From an uncultured Verrucomicrobiae bacterium (lineage in GTDB: Bacteria; Verrucomicrobiota; Verrucomicrobiia; Palsa-1439), in assembly GCA_963812605.1 (NCBI GenBank), contig CAWEWF010000005.1, forward strand, positions 256,001 through 320,000: a stretch of 64,000 nucleotides of DNA, given 5' to 3'. The translations under genes and the position numbers were made by a program. This document shows, in pieces, positions 10,629-19,333 of this stretch. The notes under the pieces were generated by a model. That model had not been told where the DNA came from. It saw only the letters and a program-made list of their open reading frames with translations, and searched no databases. Numbering within the stretch: the stretch's first letter is position 1; every line of letters starts with the position of its first letter.

Positions 10629-10850
10629 ATGAAGCTGGAAGAACTCAAAGGTATCGTTCACGTTGACCCGGAGATCATGGGCGGGACGCCGGTATTCGTC
10701 GGTACGCGAGTTCCCTTGCAAAATCTTGTGGACTATCTGGAGGGGGGCGAGTCCATCGAAGATTTCCTCGATGCGTTCCCAACGGTCAAACGCGAGCAAG
10801 CCATTGCTGTCATCGAAGCCGGCAAACTCACGATGCTCGGAACTGTCTAG
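10629..10850 (+). CDS. DUF433 family antitoxin
   Basis: VDPEIMGGTPVFVGTRVP...YLEGGESIEDFLDAFPTV; ATG 10629. Confidence 0.9.
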   Translation: MKLEELKGIVHVDPEIMGGTPVFVGTRVPLQNLVDYLEGGESIEDFLDAFPTVKREQAIAVIEAGKLTMLGTV

Positions 10851-10852
10851 CG

Positions 10853-11131
10853 ATGCGCGTCCTGATTGACGAATGCCTGAATTGGCGTTTGTCCCGCGCT
10901 CTGACCGGTCACTATGCAGTATCGGCACAGAAAAAGGGTTGGGGCGGCATCCAGAACGGGGCACTGCTGACCTTGGCCGAAAAGGAGTTTGACGTATTCA
11001 TTACCGGCGACCGGAACCTGAGTTTCCAACAAGCCGTGGGCAAATTCGATATCGCTGTCGTTGTTCTCCACGCGTCCAGCACGCAACTGCATCACACTCT
11101 CCCATTGATGTCAAAAGTGCTAGTGCTGTGA
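10853..11131 (+). CDS. DUF5615 PIN-like toxin (VapC45-like), possibly shortened at the C-terminus
   Basis: MRVLIDECL, NGALLTLA and FDVFITGDRNL.FQQ motifs; 2 bp after the DUF433 gene. Confidence 0.85.
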   Translation: MRVLIDECLNWRLSRALTGHYAVSAQKKGWGGIQNGALLTLAEKEFDVFITGDRNLSFQQAVGKFDIAVVVLHASSTQLHHTLPLMSKVLVL

Positions 11132-11147
11132 CACAGTTCATTCGATG

Positions 11148-11213
11148 GGTAGGGCGCGGTGGCCCACCGCGCCGTCCGGTGGAATAGCGGACGGCCCGGC
11201 GAGCGTCCCTACC
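11148..11213. repeat. GGTAG-type REP doublet
   Basis: GGTAGGGCGCGGTGGCCCACCGCGCCGTCC ... GGACGGCCCGGCGAGCGTCCCTACC. Confidence 0.7.
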
Positions 11214-11333
11214 AACGACCCTGCAAATGAAGCATGTCATACCACCAGATGCGCTCCCGAAGCTCAAACGTGGTGAAGTCTTGAATGTGTATTCCTGAGA
11301 ACCAGAACTGTCGGGAGGGGAAAGCATGCCCTG

Positions 11334-11466
11334 TTATCGAGCGCGGGACGCACGAGGAATTGATGGCGGCGAATGGCTTGTACGCGAATCTCTGCCGGGT
11401 GCAGTCCGCCGCGGTGACGATTGAGGAACGTCTGGACGAGTTGGAAGTGGACGCAACGGGGGGTGA
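11334..11466 (+). pseudogene. Diverged duplicate of the 3' end of the ABC exporter gene
   Basis: IERGTHEELMAANGLYANLCRVQSAAVTIEERLDELEVDATG versus IERGTHEELMTSDGLYASLCRVQSTAVTIEERLDELEVDATAG at 10407-10540. Confidence 0.9.
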
Positions 11467-11500
11467 GTTCGCTTTTTCTGAAGGGAAAGATTGTCGTGGA

Positions 11501-12373
11501 TCAGTTTTGACTGCTCTGGGTGGGCGAGCCGCTCCACGATCTTTGGGCAAGTCTTTCATAATGCCCCACTAATTCGGCTGGAAAGGAATATCGCTTCATC
11601 CACTCCAACAATTGTCGTTGAATCTCAGAACGCGCAGCCGATGCGTTTGCAGCTTTCCAATGGAGATTTCTCAGCTGTGGTAAAAATAGCAAGTGGAAAT
11701 CGAGAATACATTGGACGAAGTAGATCGCGATTCCTTCTTTACCCCAGCTTAGAAAGCTTTTTGTTATCACGAAAACATCCGCGGCATTCATGTATTTCGC
11801 TTTCGGATCGTACAAAAACGAGTAACGCCGTTCAGCAGTTAATCGTTGAAACATCGCAGGGTCGAGCGTTCGCAACAACGCAATTCCTTCTAGGATGACT
11901 TGCATCTGTTTAGCTGGTGCGAAGAAGGTGCAAGTGCCAACGCGCGATCGCTTGTATCCAGCTAAGCGACAAAATGGTAACGCGAAGCGAAGTAGTAAGT
12001 GTATTAGGAATGCTGCTAGGCGTCCGCACAATTTAATCCCCGACGGCAAGCTCTCGTAACGAGTACCGATTGGGCGCTGTCCAAGGTCGATTTTGCTGCG
12101 CAACCAGATTGACAGTACCAGTCCACTCCATATCCAACCTGTGATCGCCGCCAAGCCGATGATAAAACCGTACCAGCCAGGTGAAAGTGTAGAATCCAAT
12201 ATGGCAAGCATAACACCACCGGTACCAAGGAATACACACCCTGAAAATTCTGCGTCACGACGATAACGCACCTTCAAGAGGACTCCGATCCCGATTACGA
12301 GCATTCCGCTCGTAAAGACTGATAGTCTAATCATGGGTGGCATCAGTGGAATATAGTCAGGTTTTATCATCAA
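11501..12373 (-). CDS. Hypothetical membrane protein (lower GC, accessory)
   Basis: 290-aa ORF with several N-terminal hydrophobic segments; no family recognised. Confidence 0.55.
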   Translation of the reverse strand: MMIKPDYIPLMPPMIRLSVFTSGMLVIGIGVLLKVRYRRDAEFSGCVFLGTGGVMLAILDSTLSPGWYGFIIGLAAITGWIWSGLVLSIWLRSKIDLGQRPIGTRYESLPSGIKLCGRLAAFLIHLLLRFALPFCRLAGYKRSRVGTCTFFAPAKQMQVILEGIALLRTLDPAMFQRLTAERRYSFLYDPKAKYMNAADVFVITKSFLSWGKEGIAIYFVQCILDFHLLFLPQLRNLHWKAANASAARSEIQRQLLEWMKRYSFPAELVGHYERLAQRSWSGSPTQSSQN

Positions 12374-12767
12374 ACAATTCAGTCTGGAGTTTATTGGTCA
12401 CGCGTCGCAATATTTGGTCGCGCGAGCCCTTGTGCCAAGCGATGCTTTGCAGTTTGCGCTGTGCCCGTAGTAGCTGTTGCGAGCCTTCACCGCAGGCTTT
12501 CGCCACGGAACGGGCGATCTTTTTGCCCTGCCACCTGCTTGATCTTCGGTCAATTGCATAATGAAATGGATAAACTTTATTTGTGAGGCCAATTTCAATT
12601 TAGCAGCGAATTCCATGCCTATCGGAACGACTTGAGTCAGGTCTATATCACTATGCATTTAGCGGAGCGGTCCTAAACATTGCCCCGAACTCACGGGCGC
12701 TACATAATTGACTGTTGATTTGAAGAAGATAGGGGAGCGTTTCGGCGCCGCGAACGAATGGGCCGCG

Positions 12768-12951
12768 CTTTAAGATCACAATTTGCGATCTTAAAGGTAG
12801 AGGCGGAACCTGCACATGCCAGGTAAAGGCGTGCGGCAGGTATTTGAGTTTCTATCCCCGCTTCAAGGTCACAAACTGTCACCAGTTCAGCGCAATGCCT
12901 TCTTTGAGATAGGGTTCCAAACTTGAAGTCACAATTTGCGACTTCAAGTTT
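12768..12951. repeat. Three related TCACAA-core palindromes of the ORF6N-associated type
   Basis: CTTTAAGATC-acaatttgc-GATCTTAAAG (12768-12796), a degenerate copy at about 12863-12883, and AAACTTGAAGTC-acaatttgc-GACTTCAAGTTT (12919-12951). Confidence 0.7.
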
Positions 12952-13018
12952 CTCCAATCTTGGGAAGTTCCCACCCCCATGGGCATGACGCTGTTTAAGC
13001 AATTGTTTCGGCGACCAC

Positions 13019-14831
13019 TCACTGAGTGCGTTGAAGCCGCGTCAAGCCTTGCTGCGCGTCCAAGAGGTCCGGCTTGAGTTGCAGCGCGCGCTGATAATGA
13101 GCGATGGCTTCCTTCGGGCGTCCAGCCTTCTCCAGGGCGGACCCCAGATTGCAGTGCGCGTCGGCGTAATCAGGTTTGATTCGCAACGCTTGTTCGTACT
13201 GTTCAATCGCCTCGGGTAATTTGCCCAGTCCCGCCAGGGCGACGGCCAGGTTGTTGTGCGCCTCGGGATAATCCGGCTTGAGCCGTAACGCCAGCTGATA
13301 TTCTCCAATGGCTTCCGGCACTCGGTCCATTTGCTGCAGGACATTGCCCAGTTTGGTGAGTGCCTTGATATAGCCGGGCTCGATCCGTAGCGCCTCCTGA
13401 TAGTGCCCGATCGCGTCCTCAGTCTTGCCCGCTTGCACCAACACATTTGCCAGATTGTAGTGGGCCATCGCGGAATCCGGTTTGATCCGCAGCGCCTGCT
13501 GGAAATGTCCAATCGCTTCTGGGACCCTGCCCAGTTGGGCCAGGACAATACCCAGATTGTTGTGCGCCCGCACGTTTGAAGGGCGCTCCTTCACAGTATC
13601 CTGCCAAATGGTCAATTCGGATTGGTAGTCCTGATTGCGTTGGATTGTCAGGAAGGTGAACAGCACCGCCACGGCACCGGTCGCCACGCATCCGAGCACA
13701 GCGCCTTGCGGCTTGGTGAACAACCGCTTTCCGAGCGCATACCCGCCAACCACGACCACGGTGACGACTGCCGCCAGCGGCAGATACATTCGCCGTTCCG
13801 CCGCCACTTCACCGACGTTGGGCAGAAAGCTCGAACGTCGGCCCCAAGAGGAGAAAAAACCATGCACCCAGGAAACCCACCCATGGTCGGTTACGAAGCG
13901 CCCAGACTGTTGCACTCAGCAGGCCAACCACGACAACACCAGGTACAAGGGCATTCGTCAGCGACGAGGCAATCGGCCAGTCCGAGTAATCGACCACCAG
14001 CGGGCGGGGCCAGAAACAGAGTCGTAAGTAGTAGAGAATGACACTGGCCTCGGTCTTTAGGTAGTCCCATGCTGTCAGGTCTTTCAACCCAAACCCTGTC
14101 GCGGAATGGGGTGTGCGCCACACCAGTACAGCCAGCAGGATCCAGGTTGCGGCCAGGCCAATGTACAAACCGGCGCGCCGCTGCCACAGTTCGCGAAATG
14201 ACAACGTCAGGAACACACGATCGTAGAGCAACACGATCAACGGGGCAGCCACCATGACCTCTTTGCTTCCCATCCCCAAGGCGCAGAAAATAACAGCGGC
14301 AAGGTACCACGGGCGCGGGCGTGGAGAGCGGGCGCCGCGCATCGTGCAATAGAGCGTCAACAGCAAGAACAGGCCCATCAGCGATTCGGTGCGCTGGACA
14401 ATGTAGGTGACGCTTTCGGTTTGGAGAGGGTGAAGCTCCCAGATGAGCGCGATTGCCGCGGCGAGCCAGACGGGCGCGCCGTGAAATCGGCCACGAAGCT
14501 TTTCGCTGTCAAGCGTGCGCCAGACAATTCCGAAGAGCACCAGCGCGGACAACAGATGTACCGTCAGATTGAAGGCGTGGTAGCCAGAGACATTCAGTCC
14601 GCCCCACGCGTAATTCAGGGCGAGGGTCAGACAAACCGTCGGTCGTCCATCGACAGTAGAATATGGCGGCGCCGCCAGGGCTTCGGGAAGCGGCCAGAGG
14701 TGGCGGATATGCGGATTCTCGGGGATGGAAGGCGCATCGTCGAAAAAGAATGGGCCTTGAAAGCTGTTGCGATACGCCCATAAGCCAGCGCCGACCAGCA
14801 AAACAGGGATAAGCTGACGCAGTTTCAACAA
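13019..14831 (-). CDS. TMTC-like membrane glycosyltransferase (GT-C type) with C-terminal TPR array; one frameshift near 13835
   Basis: FFFDD, HPLQTESVTYIVQRTE, SKE and AERRMYLP motifs, followed by TPR repeats (AHNNLG..LA..GR..EAI). ORFs 13809..14831 and 13019..13915 join. Confidence 0.85.
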
Positions 14832-14999
14832 TCCAAGAGTTTAACGGAGCCTGCCTCGCGCGACCAGTGTTTACTGAGCGACGGCTTGGGGCTGTTTAGC
14901 ATGGTGGCGGCCATGCTCGGCTTATTGTCCGATTATCGCGAGTTGATAATTTTACTGAACGCGGTTTGCAAGAACCCACCGACTACGACTGTTCATGGT

Positions 15000-15152
15000 C
15001 TGGCGGCGATCTTCGAGTGGCTGGAAGTCCTCTACAACCGTGAGCGGCTCCACAGCGCTCTCGGCTACCAAACCCTGTGGACTTCGAAACCAACCTCAAC
15101 TAAACTCATGACTCATGCACTCACTCCACTGTCCACTAAATCGGGGCAAGGG
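15000..15152 (+). mobile_element. IS3-family remnant: transposase C-terminus and right end
   Basis: AIFEWLEVLYNRERLHSALGYQ is the integrase-core tail; it is followed by TGTCCACTAAATCGGGGCAAG, an IS3-like end. Confidence 0.75.
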
Positions 15153-15256
15153 CGGTCGCGCCATGGCCTGCGAACTACCGTCGCTCCTGGCTTGTGTCAA
15201 CGGATTTGTCTGATGTTGAGACCTGACCCCTTATCCCCTTGCGAACATGTTTGACG

Positions 15257-15538
15257 ATGAAGAAGACTGAACAAAAGCCCACATGCATCTTTGAAATTGA
15301 GAATCCCGGCCCGGGCGACTTGCTGTTGGCACTTGAGCCGGTTGGGTGTGAGTTTTTGCTTCCGTCAAACGAGCGAGTGCAAGTTCACTTATTCGGCCCG
15401 AATTTACCGGTTTTGATACAACAAGGTGTCAATACGAACGGGATAAGATATGTGTCTTTCTGGCCTAACAGGGGAGAGTACGAATTATTCTTCAAGGGCA
15501 GGCGAGTGTGGGATATAATCGACGAAAAATTACGCTAA
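15257..15538 (+). CDS. Small hypothetical protein (lower GC) between IS remnants
   Basis: MKKTEQKPTCIFEIENPGPGDLLLALEP...; open frame, no family recognised. Confidence 0.5.
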   Translation: MKKTEQKPTCIFEIENPGPGDLLLALEPVGCEFLLPSNERVQVHLFGPNLPVLIQQGVNTNGIRYVSFWPNRGEYELFFKGRRVWDIIDEKLR

Positions 15539-15551
15539 AAATCAAAGAAAG

Positions 15552-15985
15552 GGTAGTGTCCAGAATCTTTCGCACTTTGGTTTGGGTTCCTGATCTGGTT
15601 CGTTGTTTGGCCTCCTCAGAGGAGGAGGTCAAAAAGTTCACGCGGCTATCGTGGCCGTCTCCTTGAGTCGCTCTATATCCAGGTAGCGTCGAGTTCCCCA
15701 CTTCGTGCCGGCGATGTGCCGCAGTCGAGCGGCCACCAGCATCAGCGCCGATTGGCCGTCGGGGAACGGCCCGCCCACGCGGGTGCGTCGCCGAATCTCC
15801 TGCATGATACGCTACAGCGGATTTGGTACGCAGGCAGGCAAGTGTTCGCGAGGAAACTCTTGGTACGACAGGGTTTCCTCCACGCCGTGCGCGCACCACT
15901 TAGGCGGCCTGGGCCAGTCTCATTTGCTGGAGCTTCACCACCCACGTGTCCACTTTCTGGCGCGCCGCTCGCGGTCCTCCTGTCT
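15552..15985 (-). mobile_element. IS256-family remnant: degraded transposase C-terminus and terminal inverted repeat
   Basis: Manual minus-strand translation: RIMQEIRRRTRVGGPFPDGQSALMLVAARLRHIAGTKWGTRRYLD, with upstream stops and frameshifts; end sequence AAAGTGCGAAAGATTCTGGACACTACC. Confidence 0.8.
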
Positions 15986-16221
15986 GACCAGTTCAAGAAA
16001 GTCCTTGATGAATTGTTTTCGTCCCGAACTCCGTAACCGACTGCTAGTGAGGGCACTTAGTGCAATCGTCGAGCTTCGGGGCCCTTCAGTTCCAAGTGTC
16101 AAAAGGGCAGCGCGGCACTCCCTGAGTTCAAAGTTGCTCGACAGACCTCTCTGACGCTACGATTTAGCAAAATATGGGGCCGAAAGACGCTAATCTGCCT
16201 CTGTGCAATACCCAACAGCTG

Positions 16222-16246
16222 CTCCTCTCCCCCAAGGGGAGAGGAG
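16222..16246. repeat. CCTCTCCC/GGGAGAGG-type palindromic intergenic repeat
   Basis: CTCCTCTCCCC-caa-GGGGAGAGGAG, perfect 11-bp arms. Confidence 0.6.
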
Positions 16247-16420
16247 GGCGCGAAAAAACATGTGTTTCTGCGAAACGAACCCGATTTTGGTTCGCCGTAC
16301 TTTCATATGGAAATGCCAGAGCGATAGGAAGTTAGGTTTGAAGACGCGTTTTTGTGAAACGGGTTCGTTTTTCGAAAATCGGGGCTATCGGGGGTCGGGA
16401 TGTTAACGTCCTTCCCGCGT

Positions 16421-17170
16421 TCAGGCGGTGGCGGGGACGGGGACGTTGCTTGGCGTTGCGGCGACGGATTCTTCCAGGCCGAGGCGTTTCATCACGGCGG
16501 GGCGGAGAGCGGAATCGACCAGGATGTTGTCGATGAACTCATCGGCGCGGTTCAGCGGTTGCGCCGAATTTCCCACGGCGATCACGGGGATGGATTTGGC
16601 CGACGGATGGGTCTTGATCTGCTGGAGCAGGGTGACCGCGTTCGGCACGCGGGCGTCGAGGACGATGACCTCGGGAGTGCCACGGTCGGCGGCGTTGACG
16701 ATCTCGGCGGGAATGCTCACGACCGGGGAAAGCACTTGCGGATGAGCCAGCGCGCGGACCATGGGCTCGGCAAGCTGGGCGTTGTTCGTGCACACAAGAA
16801 CTTTCTTGAAGCCGCAGGTTTTGCGAATTTGCCGGGCGATATCTTCCAAGGCAGACTGGCCCTTGGGGAAAAATTGGCGGGCCCCGAGTGCCAGCGCATG
16901 CTGGACATCGTTGCTGGAAGCGCGGTTGGAGAGGACGAAAGCTGGGACGCTGCTCAGAGCGGGGTCGGCGTGGAGGCGAGTGAGCACCTCGAAGCCGTCC
17001 ATGTTGGGCATCATGATGTCGAGGAGGATCACGTCCGGACGGATTTCCGCCGCGCATTGGAGGCCCTGCCGGCCGTCGTCGGCAAGCGTCACCGTGAAAC
17101 CTTCGCGGCGGAATTTTTCGAAGAAAATCCGCTGCAAATGTTGATTGTCCTCAATCAGCAACAGGTTCAT
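16421..17170 (-). CDS. Response regulator with a canonical and a degenerate receiver domain, no output domain
   Basis: LLIEDN...ILLDIMMPNMDGF...FPKG; second unit KKVLVCTN...IVLDA. Confidence 0.9.
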   Translation of the reverse strand: MNLLLIEDNQHLQRIFFEKFRREGFTVTLADDGRQGLQCAAEIRPDVILLDIMMPNMDGFEVLTRLHADPALSSVPAFVLSNRASSNDVQHALALGARQFFPKGQSALEDIARQIRKTCGFKKVLVCTNNAQLAEPMVRALAHPQVLSPVVSIPAEIVNAADRGTPEVIVLDARVPNAVTLLQQIKTHPSAKSIPVIAVGNSAQPLNRADEFIDNILVDSALRPAVMKRLGLEESVAATPSNVPVPATA

Positions 17171-18750
17171 CGGGTGCCACCTACCTCCAACAAATCCGCG
17201 ACCTTTTCCAGGACGCGGTTAACTTTGAACTCGCCCTTGTTGATGAAAGCGTAGTCATGCGTTTGGATTTCCTCGGACTGGCCTTCGTCGAGCATGATGC
17301 CGGAAATGATCAGCACCTGCATATCTTTCAAGCGCGGCTGCTGCGTAAGGTAACGCATGACCTCCCAGCCATCGGTGTCGGGGAGTTGCAGATCGAGCAA
17401 CAGCAAGTCGGGTGTGGTCGTTTGCAGTTTCGCGATGGCCTCGTTTCCCGTCGCGGCCTCGGAAAGCTGATAACCTTCCTCGCCGAGCGCACACTTGAGC
17501 ACGTCCCGGAAACTCTCTTCATCGTCCACGATAAGGACGTTCTTCCGGCCCGTGGAAGTGGCGGCGCGGACGCTACGCAAAACGTCGCGCGGATTCAGCG
17601 CGGAAGCGACCGTCAGCGGTGTGCCGACGCCGTGGGCGTCGTTGTTGGAAAGAAAAATGGTCGGGATGTCCTTGGTCTCGGGCTTGGTCTTCAGTTCCTG
17701 GAAGACGGACCAGAGTTCCGAGGACGAGTCGTGTGCATCGAGCAAAATCACCAGCGGACGGAGCTTGACGGCCAGCGTTACGGCTTCTTCACCGTCGCGC
17801 GCGGTGCGGACGTTGTATTCGTGCGAACCCAGCCCGGCCGTGAGGATGCGCGCGATATCGGGACGTTCGCTGACGACCAGGACCAGACGCTGGTTATCAC
17901 CTGTGGCGTCCGGGGCAGCCGTGCTGGCGGCGGCGAGCCGGGTGCGCAAGCGCTGGATTCCTTCGATTTCTTCAAAGTTCTGCGGGACGGAAATGCTGAC
18001 AGTCGTGCCTTTGCCAGGGACACTCTTGATCTCCACGCGACCCGCCAGGAGTTCGACCAATTGCTTCGTGATGTAGAGGCCGAGGCCCGTGCCTTCGTGC
18101 GAACGGTTGGCCGAGCTGTTGACTTGATAGAATTTCTCGAAGAGCCGATCGAGCTTATCGGCGGGGATGCCGATGCCCGTGTCCTGTACGTTGATGGAGA
18201 GCCGGGGAGAACCGGCGGCACCGGAAGCGGCGTTCACGTCCGCCGAAATCGTGATCGTAACCTTCCCGTGCTCGGTGAACTTGATGCCGTTGCTGATAAG
18301 GTTGACCAGGATTTGTTTAAGCTTGCCGCGGTCGGTGCGGATGACGGCATTGTCGATCAAGATGGTGGAATTGAGTTCCAGGCGCTTGGCGTCCGTGAGC
18401 GGCTTGAGCTGGCCGATCAATTCGCCGACGAGACCGCGCAAATCGAACGACTCGAGGATCAGGTCCGTGCGGCCGCTTTCGATGCGGGCGAGGTCGAGGA
18501 GATTATTGACGAGGCTGAGAAGGTCCTGGGCGCTTTCGCGGATGTAGCGGATGGACTCTTCCTGCTCATCGGTCATCTGGCCGTAGACGGTGTCGAGTAG
18601 CAGTTCGGTATAACCGATGATGGCGTGAACGGGAGTGCGGAGTTCGTGGCTGACGTTGGCGAGAAACTCGGCTTTGAGACGATTGATGTTTTCCAGGGAG
18701 CGGATCTGTTCCTGGGTCACATCTTCCGGTTTGCGTTTGGCGTTGCTCAC
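17167..18750 (-). CDS. Cytoplasmic hybrid histidine kinase (HisKA-HATPase-REC-REC) with no sensor domain
   Basis: FLANVSHELRTP near residue 30, NLISNGIKFT, DTGIGI and GTGLGL boxes, then two receiver domains. Confidence 0.92.
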   Translation of the reverse strand: MSNAKRKPEDVTQEQIRSLENINRLKAEFLANVSHELRTPVHAIIGYTELLLDTVYGQMTDEQEESIRYIRESAQDLLSLVNNLLDLARIESGRTDLILESFDLRGLVGELIGQLKPLTDAKRLELNSTILIDNAVIRTDRGKLKQILVNLISNGIKFTEHGKVTITISADVNAASGAAGSPRLSINVQDTGIGIPADKLDRLFEKFYQVNSSANRSHEGTGLGLYITKQLVELLAGRVEIKSVPGKGTTVSISVPQNFEEIEGIQRLRTRLAAASTAAPDATGDNQRLVLVVSERPDIARILTAGLGSHEYNVRTARDGEEAVTLAVKLRPLVILLDAHDSSSELWSVFQELKTKPETKDIPTIFLSNNDAHGVGTPLTVASALNPRDVLRSVRAATSTGRKNVLIVDDEESFRDVLKCALGEEGYQLSEAATGNEAIAKLQTTTPDLLLLDLQLPDTDGWEVMRYLTQQPRLKDMQVLIISGIMLDEGQSEEIQTHDYAFINKGEFKVNRVLEKVADLLEVGGTR

Positions 18751-18837
18751 AGGGCTGCCCTTCCACGCGCGGTTGCGGGGGACGCGAAGGCTGTCCGCAG
18801 GGGAGGGCAGACACCAACCCGGCCGTCCGCTGCGCGA

Positions 18838-19164
18838 TTACCTCGTTGTTGGGCTGCTGGCGACCTGGCCGGCCAGTTCTTCCTGCAAACTGACAGCGCC
18901 TTCGAAGAGCTCGGTGAACCCGCCGATGGCGGCGGCGATCTGCGGCGACTTCTCGAGACAGAGCTGGCTGAGCTTGGCGCATTGGGCCGGGTTGCGCTGG
19001 GTCAATTCGGCCATCGCCATGATGACGGCGACATTGTTATTGATCGCATGGCGGACGGTGCGCAGGTTTTGATACAGCGCTTCCATCTGCTTATGCAATT
19101 GTTCCAGTTGCTTGTCGCTGTGCTTCACGACGCCCTGGTCAAATTCTGTTGCGGTCGTTTCCAT
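18838..19164 (-). CDS. Small stand-alone HisKA/DHp-like helical protein
   Basis: Coiled-coil segment followed by H-box-like VRHAINNNVAVIMAMAEL; no ATPase domain. Confidence 0.65.
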   Translation of the reverse strand: METTATEFDQGVVKHSDKQLEQLHKQMEALYQNLRTVRHAINNNVAVIMAMAELTQRNPAQCAKLSQLCLEKSPQIAAAIGGFTELFEGAVSLQEELAGQVASSPTTR

Positions 19165-19333
19165 TTATTCCCTTTTCCCCTGATTTCATTGTTTGCTGCG
19201 TGTGGCGCGAGCCACGACAGCGCACTATTAAGCAGGTGATATGCCACGCATTCCCGCGGAATTCCCTAGTTTATGCCAAAACCGCTGTTATAATGGGAAC
19301 TTTCGGAATATTCGGAATTTGGCGGTTTTAGCC

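Noticed and set aside
10629-12373. Prophage or integron at the TA-containing insert
   Set aside because: No integrase, phage genes or attC-like array were found.
12398-12658. 86-aa minus-strand ORF, and short ORFs at 39709-39963 and 51587-51885
   Set aside because: No motifs, RBS or coupling; cannot be distinguished from chance ORFs or decayed fragments.
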